Source: Myxococcales bacterium
Lineage (GTDB): Bacteria; Myxococcota_A; Polyangia; Polyangiales; DASUME01
NCBI GenBank assembly: GCA_047601445.1
Contig: JASGJH010000001.1
Span: forward strand, 1,408,001 to 1,472,000
Length of the DNA stretch: 64,000 nucleotides
Direction of reading: 5' to 3'
Shown one piece after another: positions 18,956 through 28,792 of this stretch. Positions within the stretch are counted from its first letter, which is position 1, and each line of letters opens with the position of its first letter. The position numbers and the translations under genes are program-made. Below the pieces are notes generated by a model. It did not search any database, was not told the DNA's origin, and worked only from the letters and a program-made list of their open reading frames with translations.

Positions 18956-19774
18956 CTAGCGCTCGCGCAGGCGCTGCAGGACGCCGGGCAAAATCCGCTT
19001 GTAGAAGGTCTCGGGTGCCAGGCGCTTCGTGCGCCAGGCCCACTGGCCGTCCGCCATCGGCACGCAGTAGAGCTGACCTGCGTCACAGGCCCCGAGCGCC
19101 ACGCGCGCAACGTCCGGAGCCTGCAGCTTGGACTTGGCCATTAGCTTCTTGGCCAGCGCCTCGAGCTCGGGCCCACCCGAGGAGCGAGCGGCGTCGACGA
19201 TGTTGGTCTGGAAGAACGTGGGGCAGAGCGCCGTGATGCCTACGCCGAATGGGGCCAGCTCACTCGCGAGGGTCTCCGACAGCGCGATCACGCCCGCCTT
19301 GGTCACGTTGTAGGGCCCCATGTTGGCGCTGCTGAGCAGACCCGCGGCGGAGGCAACGTTCAGGATGTGCCCAGAGCGTTGCTTCTTCATGCGTGGAACG
19401 AAGGCATGGCAGCCGTGCACCACCCCCCACAGGTTGATCGAGAAGATCCACTTCCAGTCCGCGAGCGGTATGTCCCCGATGTCGCCGGACACCGCCACGC
19501 CCGCGTTGTTGACCAACAGATCCACGCCGCCGAAGGCCTGCTCGGCCCGCACGGCCAGGGCTTCGACCTGGGCCGCATCGGTCACGTCGCAGCGTTCGGT
19601 CTCGGCCTGGGCACCGAGCGCCACCACTTGGCGCGCCGTGTCCACCGCTGCGCCCAGGTCCAAGTCCGAGACCAGGATCCGCGCCTTTCGACGGGCGAGT
19701 TCGAGGCACAGGGCGCGGCCGAGTCCGCCGCCTGCCCCGGTGACGACGGCGCGTGGAGTGCTGGGTAAGGTCAT
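18956..19774 (-). CDS. Short-chain dehydrogenase/reductase (SDR)
   Basis: VTGAGGGLG, NNAG, NVASAAG, YNVTK; true start ATG 19774 (the track ORF is over-extended). Confidence 0.92.
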   Translation of the reverse strand: MTLPSTPRAVVTGAGGGLGRALCLELARRKARILVSDLDLGAAVDTARQVVALGAQAETERCDVTDAAQVEALAVRAEQAFGGVDLLVNNAGVAVSGDIGDIPLADWKWIFSINLWGVVHGCHAFVPRMKKQRSGHILNVASAAGLLSSANMGPYNVTKAGVIALSETLASELAPFGVGITALCPTFFQTNIVDAARSSGGPELEALAKKLMAKSKLQAPDVARVALGACDAGQLYCVPMADGQWAWRTKRLAPETFYKRILPGVLQRLRER

Positions 19775-19920
19775 GGCCGCGAGTCTAGCTCGCCTCACGG
19801 GCCGCCGAGAACCAGGCGGTTCTGCTCTCGACCTCCGTGGCCGCGGCCTCGTTCTTCTGTACGGCGCACGGCCTGTCCGGTGTGCATCCCTGCTTCGGTA
19901 CAACGAGCGCGGCAGCGACC

Positions 19921-21318
19921 TCAGGCCGGTTCGGCCAGTGGGTTCTGGGCTTGCGCCGAGCGACGCTTGGCCGAGAGCCGGAAGTACGCGAAACCGAGCG
20001 TCATCAAGGCCACGAACAGAGCGCCCACCAGCGGGTTGCTGTAGAGCATGGCGACCAGACACACCAAGGCCCCGAGCAGGGCAAAGCCCGGAAACCAGGG
20101 ATAGGCAGGCGCCAGAAAAGAGCGCTCCATGGCCGGCGCGCTCACGCGCAGCTTGAACAAGCTCGCCATGCTCAACACGTACATCGTGATCGCCCCGAAC
20201 ACGGACATGGTCACGATGTTGGCGGTCAGCGTCTGTCCGCCGAAGGAGATCAGCTCGTCGCTGTAGATGGCCGCCACCCCCACCAAACCGCCTGCCAGGA
20301 TGGCCCAGTGAGGCGTGCGAAAGCGGGCGTGCACGCGCCCCAAGCGAGACGGCAAGTAGCCCGCGCGCGCGAGCGCATAAATCTGTCGGGAGTAACCGAG
20401 GATGATCCCGTGGAACGATGCGATGAGCCCGAACAAGCCGAGCCACACCAACATGTGTAGCCAGCCGCTCTGCTCTCCGACGATCATCTTCATGGCTTGC
20501 GGCAGCGGATCGTTGATGTTGGCGAGCTTGCGCCAGTCGCCCGCGGCCCCGGCGAACACCATCACGCCGATGGCCAACACGACCAAGGTCAAGATGCCCG
20601 TGATGTACGCGATGGGGATGGAGCGCTTGGGAGTGCGCGCTTCCTCGGCCGCCATGGCCACGCCTTCGATGGCGAGGAAGAACCAGATCGCGAACGGAAT
20701 GGCCGCGAACATGCCCGGCAAGGCGGCGTCGGAGAACGTGTCCTGGCCTGCCCAGCCCGCGCGCACGAAGTTCGCGAGCGAGAAGCCTGGAGCCACCACG
20801 GCCATGAAGACGAGCAGCTCGAAGATGGCCAGTAGCGTGACGAAGAGCTCGAAGGTGGCGGCGATCTGCACACCCACCAGATTCAGCCCCATGAACACGA
20901 GGTAGGCGCTCACCGCGGCAGTCTTGGGATCCAGCCCGGGAAACTGCACGTTGAGATAGGCGCCGATGGCGAGGGCGATGGCTGGTGGAGCGAACACGAA
21001 CTCGATCAGCGTGGCGAACCCGGCCACGTAGCCTCCCAGTTCACCGAACGCGCGCCGGCTGTACTCGAAGGGTCCTCCCGCGTGGGGAATCGCCGTGGTC
21101 AGCTCCGTGAAGCTGAAGATGAAGGTGGTGTACATGAGCGCGACGAACGTCGAGGTCACCAAGAAGCCGAGCGTTCCAGCGGAGGCCCAGCCGTAGCTCC
21201 AACCGAAGTACTCGCCCGAGATCACGAGGCCCACCGCGATGCCCCACAGCTGCAGCGTGCCCAGGGACTTGCTCAGGGTCGGTGTCTCGGAGCTGGAGGT
21301 CCCTAGCGTGCTGTCCAT
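19921..21318 (-). CDS. eat: Ethanolamine permease (APC superfamily)
   Basis: LWGIAVGLVISGEYFGWSYGW, FTELTTAIPHAGGPF, AIWFFLAIEGVAMAAEE. Confidence 0.88.
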   Translation of the reverse strand: MDSTLGTSSSETPTLSKSLGTLQLWGIAVGLVISGEYFGWSYGWASAGTLGFLVTSTFVALMYTTFIFSFTELTTAIPHAGGPFEYSRRAFGELGGYVAGFATLIEFVFAPPAIALAIGAYLNVQFPGLDPKTAAVSAYLVFMGLNLVGVQIAATFELFVTLLAIFELLVFMAVVAPGFSLANFVRAGWAGQDTFSDAALPGMFAAIPFAIWFFLAIEGVAMAAEEARTPKRSIPIAYITGILTLVVLAIGVMVFAGAAGDWRKLANINDPLPQAMKMIVGEQSGWLHMLVWLGLFGLIASFHGIILGYSRQIYALARAGYLPSRLGRVHARFRTPHWAILAGGLVGVAAIYSDELISFGGQTLTANIVTMSVFGAITMYVLSMASLFKLRVSAPAMERSFLAPAYPWFPGFALLGALVCLVAMLYSNPLVGALFVALMTLGFAYFRLSAKRRSAQAQNPLAEPA

Positions 21319-21598
21319 CGTCCCTCCCGGTCAATCCCGTGTCGCCTTCCGACAAGCTAGCCCATGAACGGGGCGGACGTCGACGACTTGACTGGGCCGC
21401 ACAACGCCCGCACTGCACTCTGACTCGAGCCTGTCTTGTTGCTTCCTGCGTCCCAGCCCTGGAACCACGTTTCGCGCATGCTTCCAACGCGATCCAAGTG
21501 CGCCGGCGCAAGCCTCCTTTTCGACCTCGCGGCGGCAGAACTATACTCTGCTCGTCTTACAGTCCGGGAAGTCGTCCGGCCGCTCCCCCGAGGGTCTC

Positions 21599-22804
21599 AT
21601 GCTCGACTTCCTGCGTCGGTTGTTCTTGACCGACGACTTCATGCCGCACGGACACTGCTACTTCTGGCGGCCCGAAATCGTCTGGCTCCACGTCACCTCG
21701 GACGCCATCGTGGCGCTCTCTTACACGACCATTCCGTTCACGCTCGGCTACTTCGTGCGCAAGCGACGGGATCTACCGTTCACCTGGATGTTCCTGTGCT
21801 TCGCCGCCTTCATCATCGCGTGCGGCGCCACGCACTACATGGAGATCTGGACCCTCTGGAATCCGGCTTACCGACTCTCCGGTGTGATCAAGGCGTTTAC
21901 CGCGTTGGTCTCGCTGCCGACCGCGTTCCTCCTCGTGCGCCTCGTGCCGAAGGCGCTGGCCATTCCCAGTCCCGCGGAGTTGCGACGGCTGAACGCCGAG
22001 CTCGCCACCACGGAGGCGGCCCTGCGTAGGAGCAACGCCGGGTTGGCGGCGGCCAACTCCGAGCTCGAGGCCTTCAGCTACTCGGTTGCGCACGATCTGC
22101 GAGCACCGCTGCGCCATATGGATGGCTTCGCACACATCCTGCTGGCGGATTACTCCCAAGAGATCGACGAGCAGGGACAGGATTGCCTGCAAGAAATCCG
22201 CGCGAGCGCCACCCGCATGGCCGTGCTCATCGACAGCTTGCTCGAGTTGTCGCGCGTAACGCGCAGTGATCTGAGCATCCGGAGCGTGAACTTGTCGGAG
22301 CTCGCACGTGCCTCGCTGATGCGCCTGCAGGCGTCCGCCCCCCAACGCGACGTGGAGCTCGTGATCGAGGAGGGGTTGCGAGTCGACGCGGACCCGGAGC
22401 TCGCCGCCGTGCTGATCGAAAACCTGCTCAACAACGCCTGGAAGTTCAGCAGCAAAGCGGCCAAACCTCGCATCGAGTTCGGCGCACGCAGCGAACACGG
22501 CGAGCGTGTGTTCTACGTGCGCGACAACGGCGCCGGCTTCGAGGAGGGCGCCGCCAAGCGCATGTTCGCAGCGTTTCAGCGCTTTCACGGGCTAACGGAA
22601 TTCCCGGGCACGGGCATCGGCCTGGCGACCGTGAAGCGCATCGTGCTGCGCCTCGGAGGCCGCGTGTGGGCGTCCGGCAAGGTCGGCGCGGGAGCAACCT
22701 TTTACTTCACCCTAGGTGCGGACGGAGAATTCAGTGGGCCCAATCTTCTTGGTAGAGGACAACCCGAGCGACGAGAAGCTCACGCTGATAGCGTTCCGGC
22801 GTAG
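21599..22804 (+). CDS. Sensor histidine kinase with N-terminal ETR1-type ethylene-binding transmembrane domain
   Basis: MPHGHC..SDAIVALSYTTIP..FIIACGATH..IWT..IKAFTALVS; HisKA SYSVAHDLRAPLR; HATPase NLLNNAWKF, DNGAG, GTGIGL. Confidence 0.88.
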   Translation: MLDFLRRLFLTDDFMPHGHCYFWRPEIVWLHVTSDAIVALSYTTIPFTLGYFVRKRRDLPFTWMFLCFAAFIIACGATHYMEIWTLWNPAYRLSGVIKAFTALVSLPTAFLLVRLVPKALAIPSPAELRRLNAELATTEAALRRSNAGLAAANSELEAFSYSVAHDLRAPLRHMDGFAHILLADYSQEIDEQGQDCLQEIRASATRMAVLIDSLLELSRVTRSDLSIRSVNLSELARASLMRLQASAPQRDVELVIEEGLRVDADPELAAVLIENLLNNAWKFSSKAAKPRIEFGARSEHGERVFYVRDNGAGFEEGAAKRMFAAFQRFHGLTEFPGTGIGLATVKRIVLRLGGRVWASGKVGAGATFYFTLGADGEFSGPNLLGRGQPERREAHADSVPA

Positions 22805-23165
22805 TGGCATCGCCAACGAGATCGTGGTGGCACGGGATGGCTCGGAGGCGCTCGACTACCTGTTCGCGGAAGGCGCGCATGCTGGGCGAGATCCGACCTT
22901 GCCCTCCGTCATGCTGCTCGACATCAACCTGCCCAAGGTGGATGGTCTCGAGGTCCTACGCCGCATCCGCGCGGACGCGCGCACTCGCCTCTTGCCGGTG
23001 GTGATCCTCACGTCGTCCAAGGAAGACGAGGACGTGCTTCAGGGATACGCGCTGGGGGCCAACGCCTACGTGCGCAAGCCAGTGGACTTCGAGCACTTCA
23101 CCAGAGCGGTGGCGACCCTCGGGCTATTCTGGCTCTTGATCAATGAGCGTCCTCCGCGAGCGTAG
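22734..23165 (+). CDS. Single-domain response regulator (Rcp1-like)
   Basis: LVEDNPSD, LLDINLPKVDG, ILTSS, GANAYVRKP, FWL; GTG 22734 after GGAGA. Confidence 0.9.
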   Translation: MGPIFLVEDNPSDEKLTLIAFRRSGIANEIVVARDGSEALDYLFAEGAHAGRDPTLPSVMLLDINLPKVDGLEVLRRIRADARTRLLPVVILTSSKEDEDVLQGYALGANAYVRKPVDFEHFTRAVATLGLFWLLINERPPRA

Positions 23166-23877
23166 GCAGCGCGAACACGATGCGCGTGCCGTGCGGTGAG
23201 CCCGCCTCGATCCAAGCCCGGCCTCCCAGACGCTCCACGCAGCGGCGTACCAGAGCGAGGCCCACTCCGCGCCCCGGGTGAGAGCCAGACGGAACCAGCC
23301 GCACGAAGAGTCCGAAAACTCGCTCACGGTCGACGGCAGGGATGCCGGGACCGTCATCCTGCACGCTGAACACAACCTCGCGTGCTCGCTGCTCCGCCGT
23401 CACCCGCACCTCGGCGGGCCGAGGGCAAAACTTGACGGCGTTGGAAAGGACCTGCAGCCAGATCTCGAGCAGCGACTCGGCATCGGCCAGGACCCGCGGT
23501 AGCGGCGTCGAAAAGACCAGCCCGGCGCCAGCGCACGTGAGCTCCGGCGCAAGCCTCCTGCGTGCTTCGTCGAGGCTCAACGCGGGGTCGATCAGCTGCG
23601 GCTGAGCGGGGCGCCTGGCTGCTCGCGCGTAGCGCTCGAGATCAGCCAGCATGCCCTGCATCTCGCGCGCGCCCTCACTCACGTGATCGAGGTAAGTCCG
23701 CGACTCCTCGGACAGCTCGTGCGGCGAACTCTGCAGCAAGAGTTCGGCAAAACCGACCACCGCGCGCAGCGGAGCGCGCATATCGTGGCCGATGACATGG
23801 AGCAGCTGCGAAAGCTCCCGCTCGCGCGCCTCGAGTGTCGCTCGCAAGGTCTGGATCTCGCCTTCTGCGTTCGACAT
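23140..23877 (-). CDS. Sensor-less histidine kinase (HisKA + HATPase)
   Basis: GHDMRAPLR, VLSNAVKF, DDGPGI, GRGVGLA; only a short coiled-coil N-terminus. Confidence 0.8.
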   Translation of the reverse strand: MSNAEGEIQTLRATLEARERELSQLLHVIGHDMRAPLRAVVGFAELLLQSSPHELSEESRTYLDHVSEGAREMQGMLADLERYARAARRPAQPQLIDPALSLDEARRRLAPELTCAGAGLVFSTPLPRVLADAESLLEIWLQVLSNAVKFCPRPAEVRVTAEQRAREVVFSVQDDGPGIPAVDRERVFGLFVRLVPSGSHPGRGVGLALVRRCVERLGGRAWIEAGSPHGTRIVFALPTLAEDAH

Positions 23878-24096
23878 GCAGCCAGATGGTAGTCGAAGCA
23901 CCCGGCGCGTTGCGTGAGCATAAATTCCCCGCACTGCACCTTGCGCTCCTAGCCGAGGGACGGGACGGCGACGTCAGGTCTCGCGCTCGAACGAGGCGAC
24001 GTGCGTCATTGAGGCGTTTAGCAACACTTTCGGTGGCCGAGCCGCTGTCATATGGCGTAGCGTCTCCGTGGGGGTCAACGCGCGGGCTCAGGCCAC

Positions 24097-25488
24097 GTGT
24101 CGGGGATGGGAATGCCACCTGCTCGAGCTTCGGGAAGTGGTCAGCGTGGAACAGAGGGGCCACACGGCCGCGTGCTGTACGTCGACGAGGACGTGCTGTC
24201 GGCCCGTAGCGCCGCACGCGTGCTCGAGCGCGCCGGCTATCTCGTGGATGTGGTACGCAGTGCCAACTTCGCGCTCGATCAGATGGCCAAGCAGCACTAC
24301 GACGCGGTGTTGACTGAACTCACCATGTCCGAGATCGATGGCGCCCAGTTCATCTCCCGCGGGCACGCCCTACACCCCTCTGCAGTGTTCGTGGCGGTCA
24401 CCACCCACGAGGATCCCGAGGGCTACCTGACGCGCCTGCCGGAACGCTGCGTGGTCGGGGTATTGAACAAGCCCTGGACCGCGCCCGACTTGCTGGACAT
24501 GGTCGAGCGAGCCGTTCGCGTCAGCGCTCACCGCGGGCACATCAGCGCGCCGTCACGCTCCCTCCTCTTGCTGGAAGACCGCCTTTCGCAGACCGACCTC
24601 ATCCGAGCCTACCTCTTGCGCGGGGCGCCTCACTACTCGCTCACCTGCACGCCGACGTTGCGTGAAGCCCTCGAGCTACTGCGGCGCGAGCGCTTCGATC
24701 TCATCCTCACCGACCTCAACCTGCCGGACGCACGCGGACTCGACGCCGTGCGGCGTCTGTTCGCCTCCTCCGGGCTTCCCATCGTGGCGATGAGCGAGTC
24801 CATCGATCCGCTGATCGGCGCGCAAGCGCTCGAGCTCGGCGCGAGCGACTTCTTGCCCAAGGACGAGCTGAGTCCGAGGACGTTGAAGCGCATCCTGGAG
24901 CACTCGCTTTTGCGCGCCGAGGCACGGCGGCAGCTGGAGGAACTGGCCTTTCGCGACGCGCTCACCGGGCTCTCCAACGCCCGCTACCTGCGCGACCGCC
25001 TCGCGCTCGCGGTCTCGGGCAGTCGCCGCACGGGCAGCCCGTGCGCCTTGATCTTCGTCGACCTGGACGGCTTCAAGCCAGTGAACGACGCGTTTGGACA
25101 TGCAGCCGGTGACTTCGTTCTGCAGACCGTGGCGCGCCGGCTCGATCAGGAGTTGCGCGGTGTGGACACCCTGGCGCGAATCGGCGGCGATGAGTTCGCC
25201 GTGCTGCTGGAGGGCGTGGAGTCAGCGGAGGCGGTGACCGCTGTCGCAGCACGTTTGCTCAAGGTGATTGCAGAACCGGTGCCGTGGAAGCAGGACGAAT
25301 GCAGCGTGTCCGCCAGCGCCGGGATCGCACTCTACTCCGGCGCAGGCGACACCCCGGAGAGCCTGCTGCGCAGCGCGGACTCGAGCATGTACGAAGCCAA
25401 ACGACTGGGCCCGGGCCGCTTTGCGATCACGAGAGGCGGGCTCGCCCCGTGCCAACTGGGCGACGAGCCGCACGACGCGACCGGCTGA
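24097..25488 (+). CDS. REC-REC-GGDEF diguanylate cyclase
   Basis: Two receiver-like domains (the first degenerate, LTELTM; the second LTDLNLPD), DALTGL, DLDGFK.VND.FGH..GD, RGVD I-site and intact GGDEF. Confidence 0.9.
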   Translation: MSGMGMPPARASGSGQRGTEGPHGRVLYVDEDVLSARSAARVLERAGYLVDVVRSANFALDQMAKQHYDAVLTELTMSEIDGAQFISRGHALHPSAVFVAVTTHEDPEGYLTRLPERCVVGVLNKPWTAPDLLDMVERAVRVSAHRGHISAPSRSLLLLEDRLSQTDLIRAYLLRGAPHYSLTCTPTLREALELLRRERFDLILTDLNLPDARGLDAVRRLFASSGLPIVAMSESIDPLIGAQALELGASDFLPKDELSPRTLKRILEHSLLRAEARRQLEELAFRDALTGLSNARYLRDRLALAVSGSRRTGSPCALIFVDLDGFKPVNDAFGHAAGDFVLQTVARRLDQELRGVDTLARIGGDEFAVLLEGVESAEAVTAVAARLLKVIAEPVPWKQDECSVSASAGIALYSGAGDTPESLLRSADSSMYEAKRLGPGRFAITRGGLAPCQLGDEPHDATG

Positions 25489-25543
25489 CCCGAAGCCTCG
25501 TGCTGCGCCGGCCGGCGCCCGTTCGGCGTGTTAGGAAGCCGGC

Positions 25544-26177
25544 ATGCCGACGACACTACTCTGGGACCACGACGGCGTGCTCGTGGACACCGAGGGCCTC
25601 TACTTCCAGGCCACCCGTGAGAATCCTCGCGCGCGTGGGCGTGGAGCTCGACGAAGCTCTGTACCGGGAGCTCTTCCTGGTCCAGGCACGAGGCGCCTGG
25701 CACCTCGCCGAAGCAGCCGGAGTGGACGCCGCCGTGCTCGAGCAGCTCAAGCACGCCCGCAACGAGCGCTATACCGAGCTCCTGCTGAGCCACGACGTGC
25801 TCGTTCCCGGTGTGCTCGGCATGCTCGACCGCCTGCGCGCGCACTATCGGATGGCCATCGTCACCAGCAGCCGCCGCGTGCACTTCGATGCCATCCATCG
25901 TACGAGCGGCTTGCCGGCCCGCTTCGAGTTGATCTTGGCGCGCGAGGACTACGAAAACTCGAAGCCCGACCCGGAGCCCTATCTCACGGCGCTGTCGCGG
26001 CTGAACGTCGCCGCCGGCGAGTGCCTGGTGATCGAGGACTCCGAGCGCGGCCTGAGCGCGGCCCACGCCGCGGGGATCCGGGCCTGGGCCTTGCCTTCAT
26101 CGCTGACGCGGGCTTCTTCGTTCGCGCTGGCAGAACGCCAGTTCGCGAGCCTCGCCGAGCTGGTGCAGGCGCTCTAG
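25544..26177 (+). CDS. HAD-superfamily phosphatase (subfamily IA), +1 frameshift at ~25621
   Basis: WDHDGVLVDTE in one frame; IVTSS, KPDPEPY and IEDSERG in the next frame; deleting one A in GAGAATC gives a 210-aa ORF. Confidence 0.82.
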
Positions 26178-26561
26178 CTACTCGGGCCTCGAGAGCACGA
26201 CGTGACAGCTCTCGGAGCAGGTCTCGTCGATCTCGGTGGTCGTGGCCGTCCCCGTGCACGAGACGGGCATGTCGTTGGCCGACTTGCCCGCCAGCGTGAA
26301 CTTGCCGTCTTCGCCGACCTTCCCCGTGTAGGTCCCCAAGCTGTTCACCGTCAGGTCGCAGCCGCTCTGCGTCACGGTCACGTCCATCCCGATCAGGGCT
26401 GCGCCGCCGCAGTGGTCACTGATTTTCCAGGTACCCGCCAGTTGCGGACAGGCCGCTTCCTCCGGACCCGCGTCGGCCGCGCCTCCGTCCGAGTCGTCTC
26501 CACAGCCAAGCACCACGAGCGCCGTCCACAACACCCCGCTGCGACCTAGAACCAACTTCAT
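26178..26561 (-). CDS. Small Cys-rich lipoprotein, hypothetical
   Basis: MKLVLGRSGVLWTALVVLGC lipobox; six further Cys. Confidence 0.7.
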   Translation of the reverse strand: MKLVLGRSGVLWTALVVLGCGDDSDGGAADAGPEEAACPQLAGTWKISDHCGGAALIGMDVTVTQSGCDLTVNSLGTYTGKVGEDGKFTLAGKSANDMPVSCTGTATTTEIDETCSESCHVVLSRPE

Positions 26562-26581
26562 GTCCCCCCCTTGTCTCAATC

Positions 26582-28792
26582 CTATGGCTTGGCCTTGCTC
26601 GACTCCGCGCTACCTGGTGCCGCGTTCGTCGGCGCTGCGGTGGGTGCCGCTGGCGCTAGACTCGCGCCCTCGGCGTACACCGTCTGCGTCACATGCTGAC
26701 GGGCAAGGCGGGTCTCCGGGAACTTGGCGTTGCGCAAGATGGCGTCGGCGCAGCCCTGCACACTGGTAGGCGTGGCGAAGAAACCTTCGAGCTGTCCACC
26801 GCCCGTGACGATCATGGCCAGACGCACCGATTTGGGTTTGCTGGCATCGGCCTCGAGGCAGCGCTCGATGGCCGCCTGCAACGGACGAAAGGCCTTCTGC
26901 ACCGCCGCGCTGTCGAGGGCGTAGGGGCGCGGATCGGTGAGGGCCGGCTCGGGCTCCGGGGCGACCTGCTTGGCCTTCACGGGCTCGGCCTTGGGCTCCT
27001 CGTGCTTGGGCGGCGGCGCGTCGAGCACCGCCAGGGCGTCCTTGGCCTTCTGACGAATGGGCTCGAGCGTGAGCTCGTCGTTGGCGACCGCCTCCAGCGT
27101 CCCGCGCGCGTTCTTGGCGCGCAGCTTGCCGAGCACGTCCAATGCTGTCTGCAGTGGGGCCGCCAGATCGGAGCCGGCCGGCTCGGCGTGGTGCAGACGT
27201 ACGAAGCGATCGAGCCATGCGATGGCGGGTGCGTACTCGAGGCCCTCGAGCGCCTGGAACACCGGCACGAGCTCGCTGGCCGGCGTGTTCGGGTCCTCGG
27301 CTCGGGCGAGCAGCAAGGGCGCCGCGGCCTTGAGCTTGCTGCGCGCGGCCGCTTGCGCGAGCGCACCCACGGGGGGCGCGCTGGTACCTTCCAGGAACGA
27401 TGCCCGCTGACGTAGCGCCTCCAGGATCTCCTTGCTGTTCCCGTCGCGCTTGGCGAGTTCGTCACAGGCCGCGAGCTGCGCGGCGTTGCCCAGGCCGTTC
27501 TGCTTGGTGCACAGCCCGATGAGCTCCGCGGTCAGGCGCGCGTCGTCGGTGTGGGCCAGGTGTTGCACCGCGAAGGCGCGCCCGGGGAACAAGCGATCAT
27601 CGTCGAGCCGAGCGGCCGAGAGCAGCTGATCGTGCAGCGACGGCTCCAGGTTCTCGAGCGCCTGGCCCGCCAGGGCCGGCACGAAACTACCAGGGCGCAG
27701 GCTGACCGCGCGCAGCGGCCGCTTGAGCTCGAGCTTGGAACGCGTGGCACCTTGCCCATCCACGAAGCGCACCACGCCTTGATCGTCCGCCAGGAAGACG
27801 CCGCCTGGCTGCGTCGCTGAGCCCACCAGGTCGTGCTCGAAGGTTCGCACCCAGCGCACGCGGTCTTCCTGCCCGGCGACACCGAAAGCCATGCGATAGA
27901 AGCGGAACACCGCGAGGTCCCCTTCCACGACACCCGGCGTCGCCCCCGGACGCCATTCGAGCTTCACCTTGTGGGTCGCGTGATCGGGCTCGGGCACGAC
28001 TGCGTAGCCGTCGCGCAAGAGCGGTGGCTGCCCGGGCAGCACGCGCTTGGTCGGCGCCAACAACGTGAGCGGCCCGTCCTGATGCGCGGGCAGATCCTTC
28101 TCCACCTTGAGCCAACCGAGTTGCCCCACGAACACGCGCTCGCGATCCACCAGGGCCTGACCGACCATCAGGTTGTGGAAGGTCCAGCGCGCCAATTCGG
28201 CGCCGTTGTCCGCCGAGAGCACGCTGAGGTGCTGCGTGCCCCACGGCACGAGCACTTGGTTCTCCACCAGGGCCGGCGTGCCCACCGCTTGAGCGAGCTC
28301 CTTTTCCCAGCGCACGCTGTCGCCGACCACGAACACCAGCGAGCCGTGGGACCCGGCTTCGTCCTTGAACGCCAGGCTCACCACCAGCGCATTGCCGACA
28401 CCGTCGGCGCCCACGAGTTCACCGCCGTCATCGAGGGTCACGCGCTCGGCGCCCGTGGCAAGGTCGCGCACGACGACCCCGGCCGCCTCACGCAACACCA
28501 CCGCGTCACCTACGACCAGCGGCGCGCTCTTGGCTTCCACCGGGATCTCCCACAGTAGGCTGCCGTTGAAGTCCCAGGCCGCGAGCTTGGGCGCATCGGC
28601 GAGCACGCCCACGAGCACAGCGCGCTCCTGGCGCGGCGACGCCTTCACGATGTTCTCCGCCACCTTGGCCTCGGTGGGCGTCTCGGGCGGCGCGAACTTG
28701 GGCGCCAGTTGGCTGCCACCGCAGGCCGACAGTGCCAGCACGAGCGAGCCCGCGCACAGCGAGTTCACAGGGAGCTTCAAGGACCGGCTCAT
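26582..28792 (-). CDS. Lipoprotein with PQQ-like beta-propeller, HEAT-like helical region and C-terminal TonB_C/AgmX-like domain
   Basis: Lipobox LSAC; W-containing PQQ-like repeats (GSLLWE, VRWEK, ELARW); helical Ala/Leu-rich middle; Pro/Lys linker; C-terminal IERC...GCADAILRNAKFP. Confidence 0.7.
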   Translation of the reverse strand: MSRSLKLPVNSLCAGSLVLALSACGGSQLAPKFAPPETPTEAKVAENIVKASPRQERAVLVGVLADAPKLAAWDFNGSLLWEIPVEAKSAPLVVGDAVVLREAAGVVVRDLATGAERVTLDDGGELVGADGVGNALVVSLAFKDEAGSHGSLVFVVGDSVRWEKELAQAVGTPALVENQVLVPWGTQHLSVLSADNGAELARWTFHNLMVGQALVDRERVFVGQLGWLKVEKDLPAHQDGPLTLLAPTKRVLPGQPPLLRDGYAVVPEPDHATHKVKLEWRPGATPGVVEGDLAVFRFYRMAFGVAGQEDRVRWVRTFEHDLVGSATQPGGVFLADDQGVVRFVDGQGATRSKLELKRPLRAVSLRPGSFVPALAGQALENLEPSLHDQLLSAARLDDDRLFPGRAFAVQHLAHTDDARLTAELIGLCTKQNGLGNAAQLAACDELAKRDGNSKEILEALRQRASFLEGTSAPPVGALAQAAARSKLKAAAPLLLARAEDPNTPASELVPVFQALEGLEYAPAIAWLDRFVRLHHAEPAGSDLAAPLQTALDVLGKLRAKNARGTLEAVANDELTLEPIRQKAKDALAVLDAPPPKHEEPKAEPVKAKQVAPEPEPALTDPRPYALDSAAVQKAFRPLQAAIERCLEADASKPKSVRLAMIVTGGGQLEGFFATPTSVQGCADAILRNAKFPETRLARQHVTQTVYAEGASLAPAAPTAAPTNAAPGSAESSKAKP

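Noticed and set aside
25615..25630. Programmed ribosomal frameshifting at the frameshift sites
   Set aside because: No slippery heptamers, unrelated genes, and a shared GAWTC context that is better explained by sequencing error
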